Source: an uncultured Pseudomonadota bacterium | GTDB lineage: Bacteria > Babelota > Babeliae > Babelales > JAUPTZ01 | DNA: 64,000 nt | Assembly (NCBI GenBank): GCA_964429275.1 | Contig: CAYSBJ010000001.1 | Span: 1 to 64,000, forward strand | Direction of reading: 5' to 3' | Part shown: positions 44,314 through 54,036 of the stretch, one piece after another | How the letters are laid out: each line of letters starts with the position of its first letter | How positions within the stretch are numbered: position 1 is the first letter of the stretch | Program-made: the position numbers and the translations under genes | Notes under the pieces: model-generated | Told to the model about the DNA's origin: nothing | Database searches by the model: none | Seen by the model: the letters and a program-made list of their open reading frames with translations, nothing else

Positions 44314-44895
44314 TTATACTTTTTCTAAAAACTCCTCCGCCCTACGCATTTCTTCTTCCTGTTGGCGCATCTCTCTGGCAAGCGCATCGTCTGCCTCTTC
44401 GTTCGCATGTTCTTGATCAATAATTGGAAACTCCTGACCGTCTTCAGGCTGACCTGACGGAGTTTCGGCGTCGCTGCCAAGATTCAACTGTAAATCTGGC
44501 ACCAAAACTACAGTATTTTGATCTGGCGTCGCCTGCTTTGGCGCACGTTTATATGAAAGACCGCCAAAAGCAGCCAGACCTAGCGATGCGCCAACAAAGA
44601 TCAACCTGCTATTGTATAACTTGCTTACACGTTCAAGTTTTTCCTGTAATTCAACATTTTTTGGATGCTTCGCTGCTCTTTCGCGGAGCTTAACAACTCG
44701 GCGAGACAGTCGGTAGGCTTTGTACCCAAAAACGCCGGCAGCGGCAAGCCCGCTAAGAATAGCAATTGTAGGCATTGTATTGTTAATTTCTGGGCTCATG
44801 TTATTAGGTCGAGCAATAACACAGATATTGCCAAGTATGCAGACAGAGGCCGTAAGTAAAATTTTATAAAGAGATTTCATCACTACACCCTTCAT
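44314..44895 (-). CDS. Hypothetical membrane protein: signal, two TM segments, acidic tail (~190 aa; start may be a few codons downstream)
   Basis: ORF track; the loop between TM segments contains HPKNVELQ. Confidence 0.7.
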   Translation of the reverse strand: MKGVVMKSLYKILLTASVCILGNICVIARPNNMSPEINNTMPTIAILSGLAAAGVFGYKAYRLSRRVVKLRERAAKHPKNVELQEKLERVSKLYNSRLIFVGASLGLAAFGGLSYKRAPKQATPDQNTVVLVPDLQLNLGSDAETPSGQPEDGQEFPIIDQEHANEEADDALAREMRQQEEEMRRAEEFLEKV

Positions 44896-44913
44896 TCGTA
44901 CCTTTTTACGGTA

Positions 44914-45828
44914 TTACTCAGCCAATAACTGCTCAGCGTCACGCGGCAAAGTATATTCTTGGCCATCAACAATAATTTCTTTTTCTGGAAGTTCACCGCT
45001 CCACAAACTCTTTTTCATCCATTCCCAAAATGAATAATGCTTTTTATACACCTGGTCATAGAGTTTTTGTTCTCTCTCCACTGTCGCAAGTCTTTGTGCT
45101 TGAAGCGATCCTTTCACTTGAGGATGACCTTGAGCAATCAAATGTTGAATAATCTTTTGGTTGTATTCCTCTTTCAACTGCCGCTCGATATGAGGAGCCA
45201 CCGTGGCCACTGCCTCGGCAGGCTTTGCTGGCGCCTTTGCTCCAACGCGAGGGTTAGCACGCTTATCGGCGGCCGCAGCTGCTTTTGCTCGTTTTTCAGC
45301 TTCGGAATTGGTTTTTTCACCTAGTTTTTGGCGGTATTCAGCAAGAATATCACGCAATACCACATCGTTCCCCGCAGCACCAGTAGCCCATGCTGCCGTC
45401 AAAGCGGCATCCCCATTAACTGCCTCACGAGAAATACTCTCTTTATTACGCAAAAGTTCGTTTTTCGGGATGTTCATACGAAGACCCTTTACGCCAAGGT
45501 AGGTAAGCCCAAGAGCTCCGGCCAACTTTATACCACATATAACGAGGCGGCGAACTGCCCGGTTATAGGTAGCCTGAAGTTCAAGATTATTTTTGTCTTC
45601 AACCAATCTTTTACGTAACTCTTTTACCTCCTGACGAAGGCCCCCAAAATTTTTTTTAATACATATGCCGCTGACTACAGCACCCACCGAAGCCGAAAGA
45701 GCTGATGCAGCAAATGGAACAAAGTTTTCTCGGGATGGGCCGTAAGCCTCTTTCCATCCAGCCTGTACCGGCGAAAAGCACCCGACAAATGAGATGGCTA
45801 AAAATGAATTTTTTAGCATTTTAAGCAT
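44914..45828 (-). CDS. Hypothetical membrane protein: signal, two TM segments, helical C-terminus (304 aa)
   Basis: ORF track; AAGGGG RBS. Signal ends PVQA. The loop between TM segments contains DKNNLELQ. Confidence 0.75.
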   Translation of the reverse strand: MLKMLKNSFLAISFVGCFSPVQAGWKEAYGPSRENFVPFAASALSASVGAVVSGICIKKNFGGLRQEVKELRKRLVEDKNNLELQATYNRAVRRLVICGIKLAGALGLTYLGVKGLRMNIPKNELLRNKESISREAVNGDAALTAAWATGAAGNDVVLRDILAEYRQKLGEKTNSEAEKRAKAAAAADKRANPRVGAKAPAKPAEAVATVAPHIERQLKEEYNQKIIQHLIAQGHPQVKGSLQAQRLATVEREQKLYDQVYKKHYSFWEWMKKSLWSGELPEKEIIVDGQEYTLPRDAEQLLAE

Positions 45829-45850
45829 AGATTTTCCCCTTTAATAAGGC

Positions 45851-45859
45851 ATTATAGCA
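45851..45859 (-). promoter_or_regulatory. Possible extended -10 promoter (TGcTATAAT) for 45828 and downstream genes
   Basis: Consensus TGnTATAAT about 22 nt upstream of the ATG, in the divergent intergenic region. Confidence 0.4.
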
Positions 45860-45995
45860 ATCCATACTACACCAAAATCAATACAGATTGCAATGCGACC
45901 ACAAGCCTGCCCCGGTAATTTACTAGGCAGATCCACTGAAAACCAGTAGAATCGATTGCAGTAAACTCCTCAGTATTTCAGCGGAAGAAAGGCGT

Positions 45996-46634
45996 ATGTT
46001 CAAAGGAACTCTTATCACTATTGAAGGCATCGACGGCGCCGGCAAATCGGTACTCCTTAACGCCCTGGCCAAAGCTCTCATCAAAGAACACCATCCCGTT
46101 CTTGTTACCAAGGAGCCAGGGGGAACTCATTTGGGCAAAATGCTCAAAAAAGTTTTGCTGGAAGAGGAAAAAGCATGTGACCCGCGGGTCGAGTACCTTC
46201 TGTTTGCCGCTGACCGAGCCGAACATTTCCAAAAACTAGTCATCCCAGCCCTTATGCGAGGCGACATCGTCATTTCTGACCGCATGGCAGATTCGGCAGT
46301 CGCCTATCAAGGATATGGACAAGGAATCGATCCACACCTTATTCAAACCGTCAACCGCTTTGCTATGCACGGCATTGAACCAGACATCACCCTATACCTA
46401 CGCATCTCTCCCCATGAGGCCCGCAAGCGCTTTACGCAACGGCAAGAGGCTCATGCTCACAGCACCATGGAACGCAAGGGAGAAGAGTTCTGGGAGCGAG
46501 TGGTGTATGGTTATGAACAGCTTTCAAGCGGTTCTGACCGCATCCACGCTATCAATGCAACTACATCACCAGAGGCCGTCTTTGCCGCTGCGTATAACAT
46601 TGTCACCACATTTCTGCGAACGAAAAGGCTATGA
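45996..46634 (+). CDS. tmk: Thymidylate kinase
   Basis: P-loop EGIDGAGKS, TKEPGG, LLFAADRAEH, VISDR..DS..AYQG, PDITLYL. Confidence 0.95.
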   Translation: MFKGTLITIEGIDGAGKSVLLNALAKALIKEHHPVLVTKEPGGTHLGKMLKKVLLEEEKACDPRVEYLLFAADRAEHFQKLVIPALMRGDIVISDRMADSAVAYQGYGQGIDPHLIQTVNRFAMHGIEPDITLYLRISPHEARKRFTQRQEAHAHSTMERKGEEFWERVVYGYEQLSSGSDRIHAINATTSPEAVFAAAYNIVTTFLRTKRL

Positions 46635-47365
46635 ACAACTTGATTAATACTGCGGCCACCGCCTTAATTTGCATTGGACCACGCGATGAAGTAACCGAAT
46701 TTGCAATCGGGCACCTCCAAGACACCATGTGTCCACACCGAAAGGCACAGCCGGGCTCTGCATGCCGCTGCGCAGTTTGTCACGCGATTACACACCATCA
46801 ATCAAGCGCTGTTACCTGGATTGAACCGACCAATGACTACCTTTTGGAAGATATCGAACCGATATTTAATGTCATTCGCTACCAACTCGATGAAGGGTCT
46901 CGGCACGCATTTGTATTGGTAAACGCTCACTTATTATCTGTTGCCTGTGCCAACCGACTCCTTAAAGTAGTGGAAGAACCACCTCAAGGGTACTTCTTCA
47001 TGTTCTTGACCAATGATTATGCCGCCCTCCTGCCGACTATCCAGTCCCGCGGCACCGTCACATATCAATCTGTACACCAAGCCCCAGCCCTTGGCGGCCT
47101 TCTTACTTATTTCACCGATCCAGAAAAACAACAAGATCCTGTCGGCTTTGACACTTTCTTACGAAATGAAACAATTAGTGTTGCCGAAACACGTCTTTTA
47201 GTACACCAACTCGCCACCGTCATCGATTATACTCAGTACCGCGAACCAGCGCTGGCTCGCCAAACACTTGATACTGCTCAGCGCAATTTTCCCCAGGCTG
47301 GTGGCGCCCAGCACTTCCTGCGCTGGTTATTTATGGCGCTCCATGCCGCCCGGTTTATAGAGTAG
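46631..47365 (+). CDS. holB: DNA polymerase III delta' subunit (short, divergent)
   Basis: Cys cluster C..ACRCAVC, ANRLLKVVEEPP and LLPTIQSR. Canonical position after tmk, with an ATGA overlap. Confidence 0.8.
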   Translation: MNNLINTAATALICIGPRDEVTEFAIGHLQDTMCPHRKAQPGSACRCAVCHAITHHQSSAVTWIEPTNDYLLEDIEPIFNVIRYQLDEGSRHAFVLVNAHLLSVACANRLLKVVEEPPQGYFFMFLTNDYAALLPTIQSRGTVTYQSVHQAPALGGLLTYFTDPEKQQDPVGFDTFLRNETISVAETRLLVHQLATVIDYTQYREPALARQTLDTAQRNFPQAGGAQHFLRWLFMALHAARFIE

Positions 47366-47371
47366 TCCTTT

Positions 47372-48061
47372 ATGATGAATTTGCGCACCGTATTCTTAAA
47401 CGCGCTTATGCTCCAAATACTACTGAGTATCGCAGCGTTACCTTTCCTCCTTTGGTGGCATATGCCGTACCCTCTGTTGAGTATTGTTGGCAATCTCGTT
47501 CATCCTATCTTTTTGACAGCATTTCTTTTTCTAGCAAGCATCTTATTTTTTGCCGTACTTTTTGGTCTACCACACGCGACACTTGGCAGCCTCTTAGTTT
47601 CGGTTACCACTGTTTGGGACCACCTCCTCGACACCCCACTTCCTGCCGGATGGATTGCACTCCGCTGGTGGTATTTACTCCCAGCAGCCAGCGTAGCATC
47701 CATTATCATCGCTCACCTATTCCAAGAATTTCGTTGGCACCATGCTAAAAAAGCGGGAATGCTTTTATTTGTGCTTAATGCAAGCACAGGACTCTGGCAG
47801 ATTAAAGCCTCCAACAATCCTGCAGTAAGCATTCTGCGAAAGGGAGAATACACGGTACTGTTTGTACCCAACCCGGACAATTCAATAGATATAATCGATC
47901 ATGGCTATATCGGACATGCGCGAGATACAAAAGCGGTCATCCATTATGATATCCTGCCTCACCTTTTTTTCACATATGGAACTCCCAATGGGATATCCCT
48001 TCGAGGGCATGGCAAACGCGTAACGGTAGCCCAAAAGTTGCTCGCATCGGTTAGTTATTAA
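47372..48061 (+). CDS. Membrane protein resembling the C-terminal part of the ComEC/Rec2 competence domain (229 aa)
   Basis: Multiple TM segments. LQILLSIAALPFLL...LSIVGNLVHP resembles the ComEC Q...LP...NL..P pattern. Confidence 0.5.
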   Translation: MMNLRTVFLNALMLQILLSIAALPFLLWWHMPYPLLSIVGNLVHPIFLTAFLFLASILFFAVLFGLPHATLGSLLVSVTTVWDHLLDTPLPAGWIALRWWYLLPAASVASIIIAHLFQEFRWHHAKKAGMLLFVLNASTGLWQIKASNNPAVSILRKGEYTVLFVPNPDNSIDIIDHGYIGHARDTKAVIHYDILPHLFFTYGTPNGISLRGHGKRVTVAQKLLASVSY

Positions 48062-48106
48062 CAAGATAAATGCATCTAATTCATTCATAAATAGACAGTT
48101 AATTAC

Positions 48107-48228
48107 GCGTCATTGCGAGCGAAGTCCAGCTATCCAGACATTACTTATAGCTTGATTGCTCCGCCGACGCCCCTAACGGGGGCTGAGGCGTGACTCGCCG
48201 TAGTATCCAAGGCGGTTCGTCATGATGC
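48107..48228. repeat. Degenerate GTCATTGCGAG-type REP/RPE-like palindromic element between convergent genes
   Basis: The left end GCGTCATTGCGAGC matches the right end GTTCGTCATGATGC at 10/14 as an inverted repeat. Internal GCTATCC...GATTGC and GC-rich stems are present. Confidence 0.5.
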
Positions 48229-49869
48229 TGACGACGGAGCCGGTGCCGATCTACTGCGACCGCCAAACCATGCAAAGGCTTCTGGCTTAAATTTATTAAG
48301 TAACAAAGCTCCTGCCACCAATACCCCAATCGCTACGAGAATCATAACCTTCTTATTCGGACCAGTTCGTCGGTGAGCAGGAGACAAAAGAGGGTCTGCC
48401 TCTTCAGCATCTTCATCTCTCATCATTTGGCGAGCAGAGTGAGATACTACAGGCTGGTGTTGCTGACCCATGCCAGGAACAATTTGAGCAAGGGCCGCCT
48501 TATCAATTGCAGACGACTGTTGAATCATCTGCTGATCCTCAACAGGCAGACCAGCTATCTCGTTGCGAATACGCGATACCGACTCAATATCAGCCATTTC
48601 ACGAGCTACCAGGTCGCAGTCATTAGAAAGATAGCTGATTTGGTCCGCAACACTGAAATACTCTTGAAGTTGCTTATGTATTTCGGGAGTTATTTGACCG
48701 GCAGCATCATCGATTTTTTTCTTGACTATTTCAGCACACTTCATTGCCACAACGGTCGGCTGTGCGGCTTGGGCTTCTTCAAGAGGAACTCCTTCTTGTG
48801 CAAGAAGATCCACTCCCTTTTTAACCTGGACTGCAATAGCATCGTTAAGTTTCTTGATTAGAGGTTCCCGTTTCAAATCTTGCCGGATTTCTTCCATTGA
48901 AAAGCTCACCAGCAAGAGCTTGAGCCTGCCAGCAAAATTTTTGTCTTTATCAAGGATTTTACGGCCCCAGTCCCCGGTAGAAAATACTAATTCATCTGGT
49001 GAAAAGCGGAATTTCTCCTGGACATACTCATTGTACTTTTTTAAAAAAACACCAACCCCGGTAGCAACACTTGGATCGCCTTCACTACTGTAAGCCAAAT
49101 TTTGAAATATTTTAAAGAAAATTTCTTCTTCGACACCGTCAGTTATCGTTCCATATTTCTTCTCAAGATGGCTCTTAAAAGTTGCAATAAACTTGGCGAG
49201 TCCAGAGGTCGCGACTGCTCGTTCTTTTTCAAGCTCATTCATTACTTCTTTTGCCACAAGAGCCTGCGCTCGCAACCCGTGGTCACTCTCGGCAGCCTCA
49301 AGATATAAGCGAAATGTTAATTCACGATGATGAGATACGGTTGGCATACCTGGATGTTGTAAACGATCGCTAAATTTTGCAGCATTTTTTATAACAGTAG
49401 ACCCATATAAGTGAATATCCTCAATCGAGATATCACCCGGAATAGTTTCTTCCACTACAGCCACTTCTTTTCTAGTTAGCTCTTCTGCTTCCACTGGCGC
49501 TTTCATTTCACCTTCCAAGCTAAGCGTTTCCAACGGAAGAGCATCTACTGGGCGATCTGCTTGAGTCACATAATTTTCAACCGTCTTTACCTGCTCTTGT
49601 GCAAGCCCCAAATGAGCCTTAATTTGTCGCGCTTCAGTGGAGTTTGTCATACTCAACTTTTCATAATCAGCAAAGACACTGCTCAATAATTTTTCTTTTT
49701 GCTGCGCTGATAACCGAACATCACGTATGATGCCATCAGCACGACCTGCAAGCCGCCCTTGATTGTAAAGACGTGTATTTTGCTGCATTGGGACACGTGC
49801 AAACACCACGCTGGAGATAGCGCATAAGCTGGCTACCAGTGCCACAGAATTCATTTTTTGCCATTTCAT
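48220..49869 (-). CDS. Hypothetical exported alpha-helical protein with C-terminal TM anchor (549 aa)
   Basis: AGAGGTG RBS, signal ...SVVFA-R, C-terminal VMILVAIGVLVAGALLL. Confidence 0.8.
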   Translation of the reverse strand: MKWQKMNSVALVASLCAISSVVFARVPMQQNTRLYNQGRLAGRADGIIRDVRLSAQQKEKLLSSVFADYEKLSMTNSTEARQIKAHLGLAQEQVKTVENYVTQADRPVDALPLETLSLEGEMKAPVEAEELTRKEVAVVEETIPGDISIEDIHLYGSTVIKNAAKFSDRLQHPGMPTVSHHRELTFRLYLEAAESDHGLRAQALVAKEVMNELEKERAVATSGLAKFIATFKSHLEKKYGTITDGVEEEIFFKIFQNLAYSSEGDPSVATGVGVFLKKYNEYVQEKFRFSPDELVFSTGDWGRKILDKDKNFAGRLKLLLVSFSMEEIRQDLKREPLIKKLNDAIAVQVKKGVDLLAQEGVPLEEAQAAQPTVVAMKCAEIVKKKIDDAAGQITPEIHKQLQEYFSVADQISYLSNDCDLVAREMADIESVSRIRNEIAGLPVEDQQMIQQSSAIDKAALAQIVPGMGQQHQPVVSHSARQMMRDEDAEEADPLLSPAHRRTGPNKKVMILVAIGVLVAGALLLNKFKPEAFAWFGGRSRSAPAPSSAS

Positions 49870-49879
49870 ACATCACCTC

Positions 49880-51334
49880 TTACAACGTTATTCCTATACC
49901 ACACCACAGATGCAGCGAATCAAGCACTGTCGGGTTGCTCGCAAACTCATAAGCAGCTCCCAAACGTATGGTCATCGTTGCAACATCATGGATAAATGTG
50001 CTGTTATAATCAACAAACAAGGTATTTGATGCCACTTGCGGCATCGCACCACTATCAATATTAAACTCAATATCCTGGACTACTGCAGGGCTCGTAGACA
50101 CAGCCAGATCATCTATGCTAAACCGGTCGCTGATATGCGCTGCAGAAAGCCACAAGGGATCTGAGGTATGAGAAAGCCCTTGTGGCGATGGCACAGCAAA
50201 TGTCCGCGAAATTGGAGAAGAAAACGTCACTTGCTCAGCAACTCGCCACCAGTATAAATACCCAACGTTAACACGGTGCTGTCCAAAAATTAACTCGAGA
50301 CCGCTAATGCTCTGGCCAGTTGGCCCAGGCGTTACGAGTGTATCTCGTATAAAGAAATTCCCACCATTTGATGCTTTAAGCGTTACGTTTGCAATATCAG
50401 GAATCAGGCTCGTATCCATATAGACCAAGAAGCGCGAAAATGGCTGGCCTTTCAAGTCAAACAACCGCAGCTGATGTGACTGGAAATGGTAACGATACCC
50501 TAAGTAACCCACGTATGAAAGTAAGCAATTTTTACTAAGATTAAACAGCGGCACTACCGTTTTAATACTCGCACCAAGACCGAACGATCCCTGTGAACCA
50601 ATAAGTGGTTCAAAAAGATATTGTCCCGTTGGCCGTCCACCAATCGGCACCACTGCCTCCAAAGCAATTTGCTGTAAGCTTTCCATGGGCCCATCAATAT
50701 CAAGTCCCAACTGACACACCATATCGTCAAATCCAGTTAACGTCTGCGCAGCGTTTGACCATTTACCAGAACGCCAGTTATCCCAATTAAGCACCGACAA
50801 CACGGAGCCAAACGGCGAAAGAGGATCGACTTGGTTTACAGAGGTTTGCCGCTCAGAAACACGCAAGTTATGCGTCACTTGCATCAGCGGCAATGCAACC
50901 GCAGCCCACAATCCTTGCAATAATTCATCAAGCAAATACTGCGCTCGGAGACACAAACCAATTGCTGAACGATGCGGATCCACTGCTAGCGCTGACTGGT
51001 AATTCGTGTCAGTAACCGTCTGAATGTGAAACCAGTCAGAATTAATATCACCATCTTCTGCCTGGTCAATCATTACGCTACGCTTGTCATCTCCCAGGAA
51101 AAAAGGAGCACTCTTGGTACCATTCAATGATTCTTGAAAAATAAGACTGTGCCCCAAAAGCACTACCCGCTTGTGCTGTTTATCGTGCGTAGCCAGCAAA
51201 GAAAAACCATCGGTATACAAAACAGAAGAGCTAATCGAACGAGGAATAAATACCGTGCGCGGCGGTTCAACACGCGCGATACAGGTATTGATTAAGCCTA
51301 CTGCTGTGACAACCCAAAAAACAACGTGCTTCAT
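49880..51334 (-). CDS. Putative outer-membrane beta-barrel protein (~484 aa), paralog of 2100..3872
   Basis: Start moved from 51382 to ATG 51334, which gives an ATGA overlap with the upstream stop and the signal MKHVVFWVVTAVGLINTCIA. Shares motifs with the 590-aa protein; C-terminal strand LWCGIGITL. Confidence 0.7.
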   Translation of the reverse strand: MKHVVFWVVTAVGLINTCIARVEPPRTVFIPRSISSSVLYTDGFSLLATHDKQHKRVVLLGHSLIFQESLNGTKSAPFFLGDDKRSVMIDQAEDGDINSDWFHIQTVTDTNYQSALAVDPHRSAIGLCLRAQYLLDELLQGLWAAVALPLMQVTHNLRVSERQTSVNQVDPLSPFGSVLSVLNWDNWRSGKWSNAAQTLTGFDDMVCQLGLDIDGPMESLQQIALEAVVPIGGRPTGQYLFEPLIGSQGSFGLGASIKTVVPLFNLSKNCLLSYVGYLGYRYHFQSHQLRLFDLKGQPFSRFLVYMDTSLIPDIANVTLKASNGGNFFIRDTLVTPGPTGQSISGLELIFGQHRVNVGYLYWWRVAEQVTFSSPISRTFAVPSPQGLSHTSDPLWLSAAHISDRFSIDDLAVSTSPAVVQDIEFNIDSGAMPQVASNTLFVDYNSTFIHDVATMTIRLGAAYEFASNPTVLDSLHLWCGIGITL

Positions 51335-54036
51335 CCAGCCACTCTTGCTGATGCAGGCGCTTTTTCGCCAATACCATACCATTGTCCCACTGCCTTGTCG
51401 CGTCCCTCAAGAGTCATCGAAGCACGCTCATTGATATCTTGCAGCGTCTTACTCGATTGCATTGGAAGCACAATTTTGCTTGCGTCCAGCTCACCACTCA
51501 TAGCGCGTTGTACGTCGATGAGAGACTCTTTCATATAACGCTCTTCCTGAGCATCATCTCCCTCTTTGACCGTAGAAAGAAAGTCATTCATCAGCTTACG
51601 AAAGGCAGTTTTAAGCCCAGGAATTTTCGTAAGAAAAACTGCAAGCTTTACTTTTGCAGAGCCAGCAAAATCTCGTATCCCTTTTTGAATTTTACCAATT
51701 TTTTTTATTGCGAAGTCGCTCAAACGATGTGCATATACCACCAGTGCTTTTGTAGTTGCTGAAAATCGGTTAGCGACCTTATCACTCTGCTTAAACAAGT
51801 CAACAGAAGCTGGCTTGAGATCCTCAATAAGGTTTGCCATATCGCTCAGCCCATTAAGAGCCTCATCGAATCCTCCGTCAATATCTCCTTTTGTTTTAAG
51901 CTTGTTTGCCCCTTGCTGCGCACGATAAGACAAGGTTGCAACGCTATCACGAATCTTTTGTAATGCACCTGGCTCGCGCGTCTGCTTCTCTTGCGCAGGA
52001 CCAATGTCAGTACGAAGCATGCCTTTTTCATCAAAAACAATATCTGACTCTCTCAATGAAACTTCACCTACTGTTTTTTTAACCAGTCGCTCTTGATTCT
52101 GCAGAGATACTACTACCTGCAATCGAGACCATATATACAGCCACAATAACATATAAAGCGCCTGATAAATCTGAGGACTACACTTCACCTGTGTAATCTT
52201 AGGCCCTCCTGTATTTGTCAGGCCGAAAACAGATTTATACGTAAAAGCTGTATGCGGAGACCAGGTATTAATCACATTAAGAAGCTGCCGATAACTTTTT
52301 GCAACGGCTTCCTGATTTTCAACGGACAAGCCAAACTTCTCGAGATTTCCACGTACGACCGCAACCCCTTCTTGCAACTTTCCAAGGACTTTTTCTTTAT
52401 TTCGTGGAGGGATAATGCCCCATGCAAGACCATTGATATAACAATTCTGAAACATTATCGTCTTATACAGTTTTGATGCAGCCATAACACCGCTGAGCTT
52501 ACTAAGAGCCCCTTTCACCTCGAGAGCCAAAGACTTAGACTCAAAAAAATCTATATCACCAAGCAAAAGCGCAAGCCGAGCTTCAAAAGAACGCCGCTGA
52601 TCGACTTCAAACGGCTTTGAAGATGGCCCCGGCATAGAGCCCCGACTATCTTTTTCTCCAACAGGGACATCAAGCATAATATGACGCAAGAGTCGCTGCC
52701 CTTTATACTCCTGTGCGATAACTGTTTGCATGTCAGCATAGTTCATGAATAAGGACTTCTTGCCTCGACACATGCGCTCACCAAGGCGGTAGAGAACACC
52801 AACTAAAATACTGAGAATATGCGTGTCATACAACGCCGCTGAAGAGGCTTGCATTGCATCTGGATATTGGAAAAAATTATCTGGAACGCGCACTGCTTCT
52901 AAACGGGCTTGGAATAAAAAGAGTGCGTTGCCTATATTGTCCAACTTTTTTTGCACCACACTATACGTTTCTTCATGTGCACGAACACGAGATGCCTTTG
53001 CAACTTCTCGCCACTCAGCGGGATTAAACCCAGCATTCAGTTTAACAACCTCCGGCACCTCAGCACCAAGATACTCAGCTTCTTCGAGTAACATAAGATC
53101 TGTGTGACCAATCGTAAAACGCTTTCCATAAACCAGTGCTTGATAATCGCGCGCTGCTTGAAAGCGCTCATCATACTCTTGCCGATAAAAAGCAGCTAGA
53201 AGAGCAAAAAATCGATTCCGGCACTGCAAGTCTGACAAGGAAGCACCGTTAATAACACGGGCCTCTTTTGTATCAAAAGAAGGAGCTCCTAAAACACTCA
53301 TCAGTAAATAGTTATACGAAACGTGCTTAGTCAGCTTCAACAGCGCCTGCAAATATTCAGCGCCATCAGCTCCAATATCTGCACGAACTATCCATTCCGC
53401 AAGCTCCTCGTTTGCTCCAGGGAACATATCGGGTTTGTCGGCAAGCTTTTGTATTTGCTTAGTAAGATTAGTAAACGGAGCACTCTTCGCATCTGCCTTT
53501 TTCCATTCCAACCACAGTGTGCGCGTTTCCTTTCGGAGTTGTTGTATTTTTTTTACCACTGATTCAGTCATAAGAGCAAAAGAAGTCTCAAGGGCAAGCA
53601 ATGAGTCCTTAAGATCCCATTTATCGACCGGCAACGCCGCCAACACTTCAAGTGGATTTTTCCATTCAGTGTCCACCGCAATTGATACATGAGAAGGCTC
53701 AGTTGATGTCTCTTCGGCCGAACTAACTGCCAGCGATTCAGATGCAACAGGCTCAGCCACTTTGTCACTGAGCAATTCTGGCACCGCCGGTTTTGCTATT
53801 ATCGCCTCACTCGATGCAGGTTGAGTAGTTGTTAATTGCTCCGCAGCCGCTTTTGGGTCCGGCGCTGTGAGTAATGCATTTCCTATCGCCGAGCCACCAA
53901 GATCATCAAGATCATACTGAGCGAGAACGTCTGACTCTCTGAGCGAATCAGCCATAAGAAATGGTTGTCCACCTACAAAAACAAAGAGCAACATAAAAAC
54001 AGGTGTATATCTCAAGGCGGTACTCCTTTGCATCAT
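51331..54036 (-). CDS. Hypothetical exported alpha-helical protein (~901 aa)
   Basis: ORF track starts at 54042; ATG 54036 gives an ATGA overlap. Signal peptide, acidic N-terminal linker, helical body. Confidence 0.8.
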   Translation of the reverse strand: MMQRSTALRYTPVFMLLFVFVGGQPFLMADSLRESDVLAQYDLDDLGGSAIGNALLTAPDPKAAAEQLTTTQPASSEAIIAKPAVPELLSDKVAEPVASESLAVSSAEETSTEPSHVSIAVDTEWKNPLEVLAALPVDKWDLKDSLLALETSFALMTESVVKKIQQLRKETRTLWLEWKKADAKSAPFTNLTKQIQKLADKPDMFPGANEELAEWIVRADIGADGAEYLQALLKLTKHVSYNYLLMSVLGAPSFDTKEARVINGASLSDLQCRNRFFALLAAFYRQEYDERFQAARDYQALVYGKRFTIGHTDLMLLEEAEYLGAEVPEVVKLNAGFNPAEWREVAKASRVRAHEETYSVVQKKLDNIGNALFLFQARLEAVRVPDNFFQYPDAMQASSAALYDTHILSILVGVLYRLGERMCRGKKSLFMNYADMQTVIAQEYKGQRLLRHIMLDVPVGEKDSRGSMPGPSSKPFEVDQRRSFEARLALLLGDIDFFESKSLALEVKGALSKLSGVMAASKLYKTIMFQNCYINGLAWGIIPPRNKEKVLGKLQEGVAVVRGNLEKFGLSVENQEAVAKSYRQLLNVINTWSPHTAFTYKSVFGLTNTGGPKITQVKCSPQIYQALYMLLWLYIWSRLQVVVSLQNQERLVKKTVGEVSLRESDIVFDEKGMLRTDIGPAQEKQTREPGALQKIRDSVATLSYRAQQGANKLKTKGDIDGGFDEALNGLSDMANLIEDLKPASVDLFKQSDKVANRFSATTKALVVYAHRLSDFAIKKIGKIQKGIRDFAGSAKVKLAVFLTKIPGLKTAFRKLMNDFLSTVKEGDDAQEERYMKESLIDVQRAMSGELDASKIVLPMQSSKTLQDINERASMTLEGRDKAVGQWYGIGEKAPASARVAG

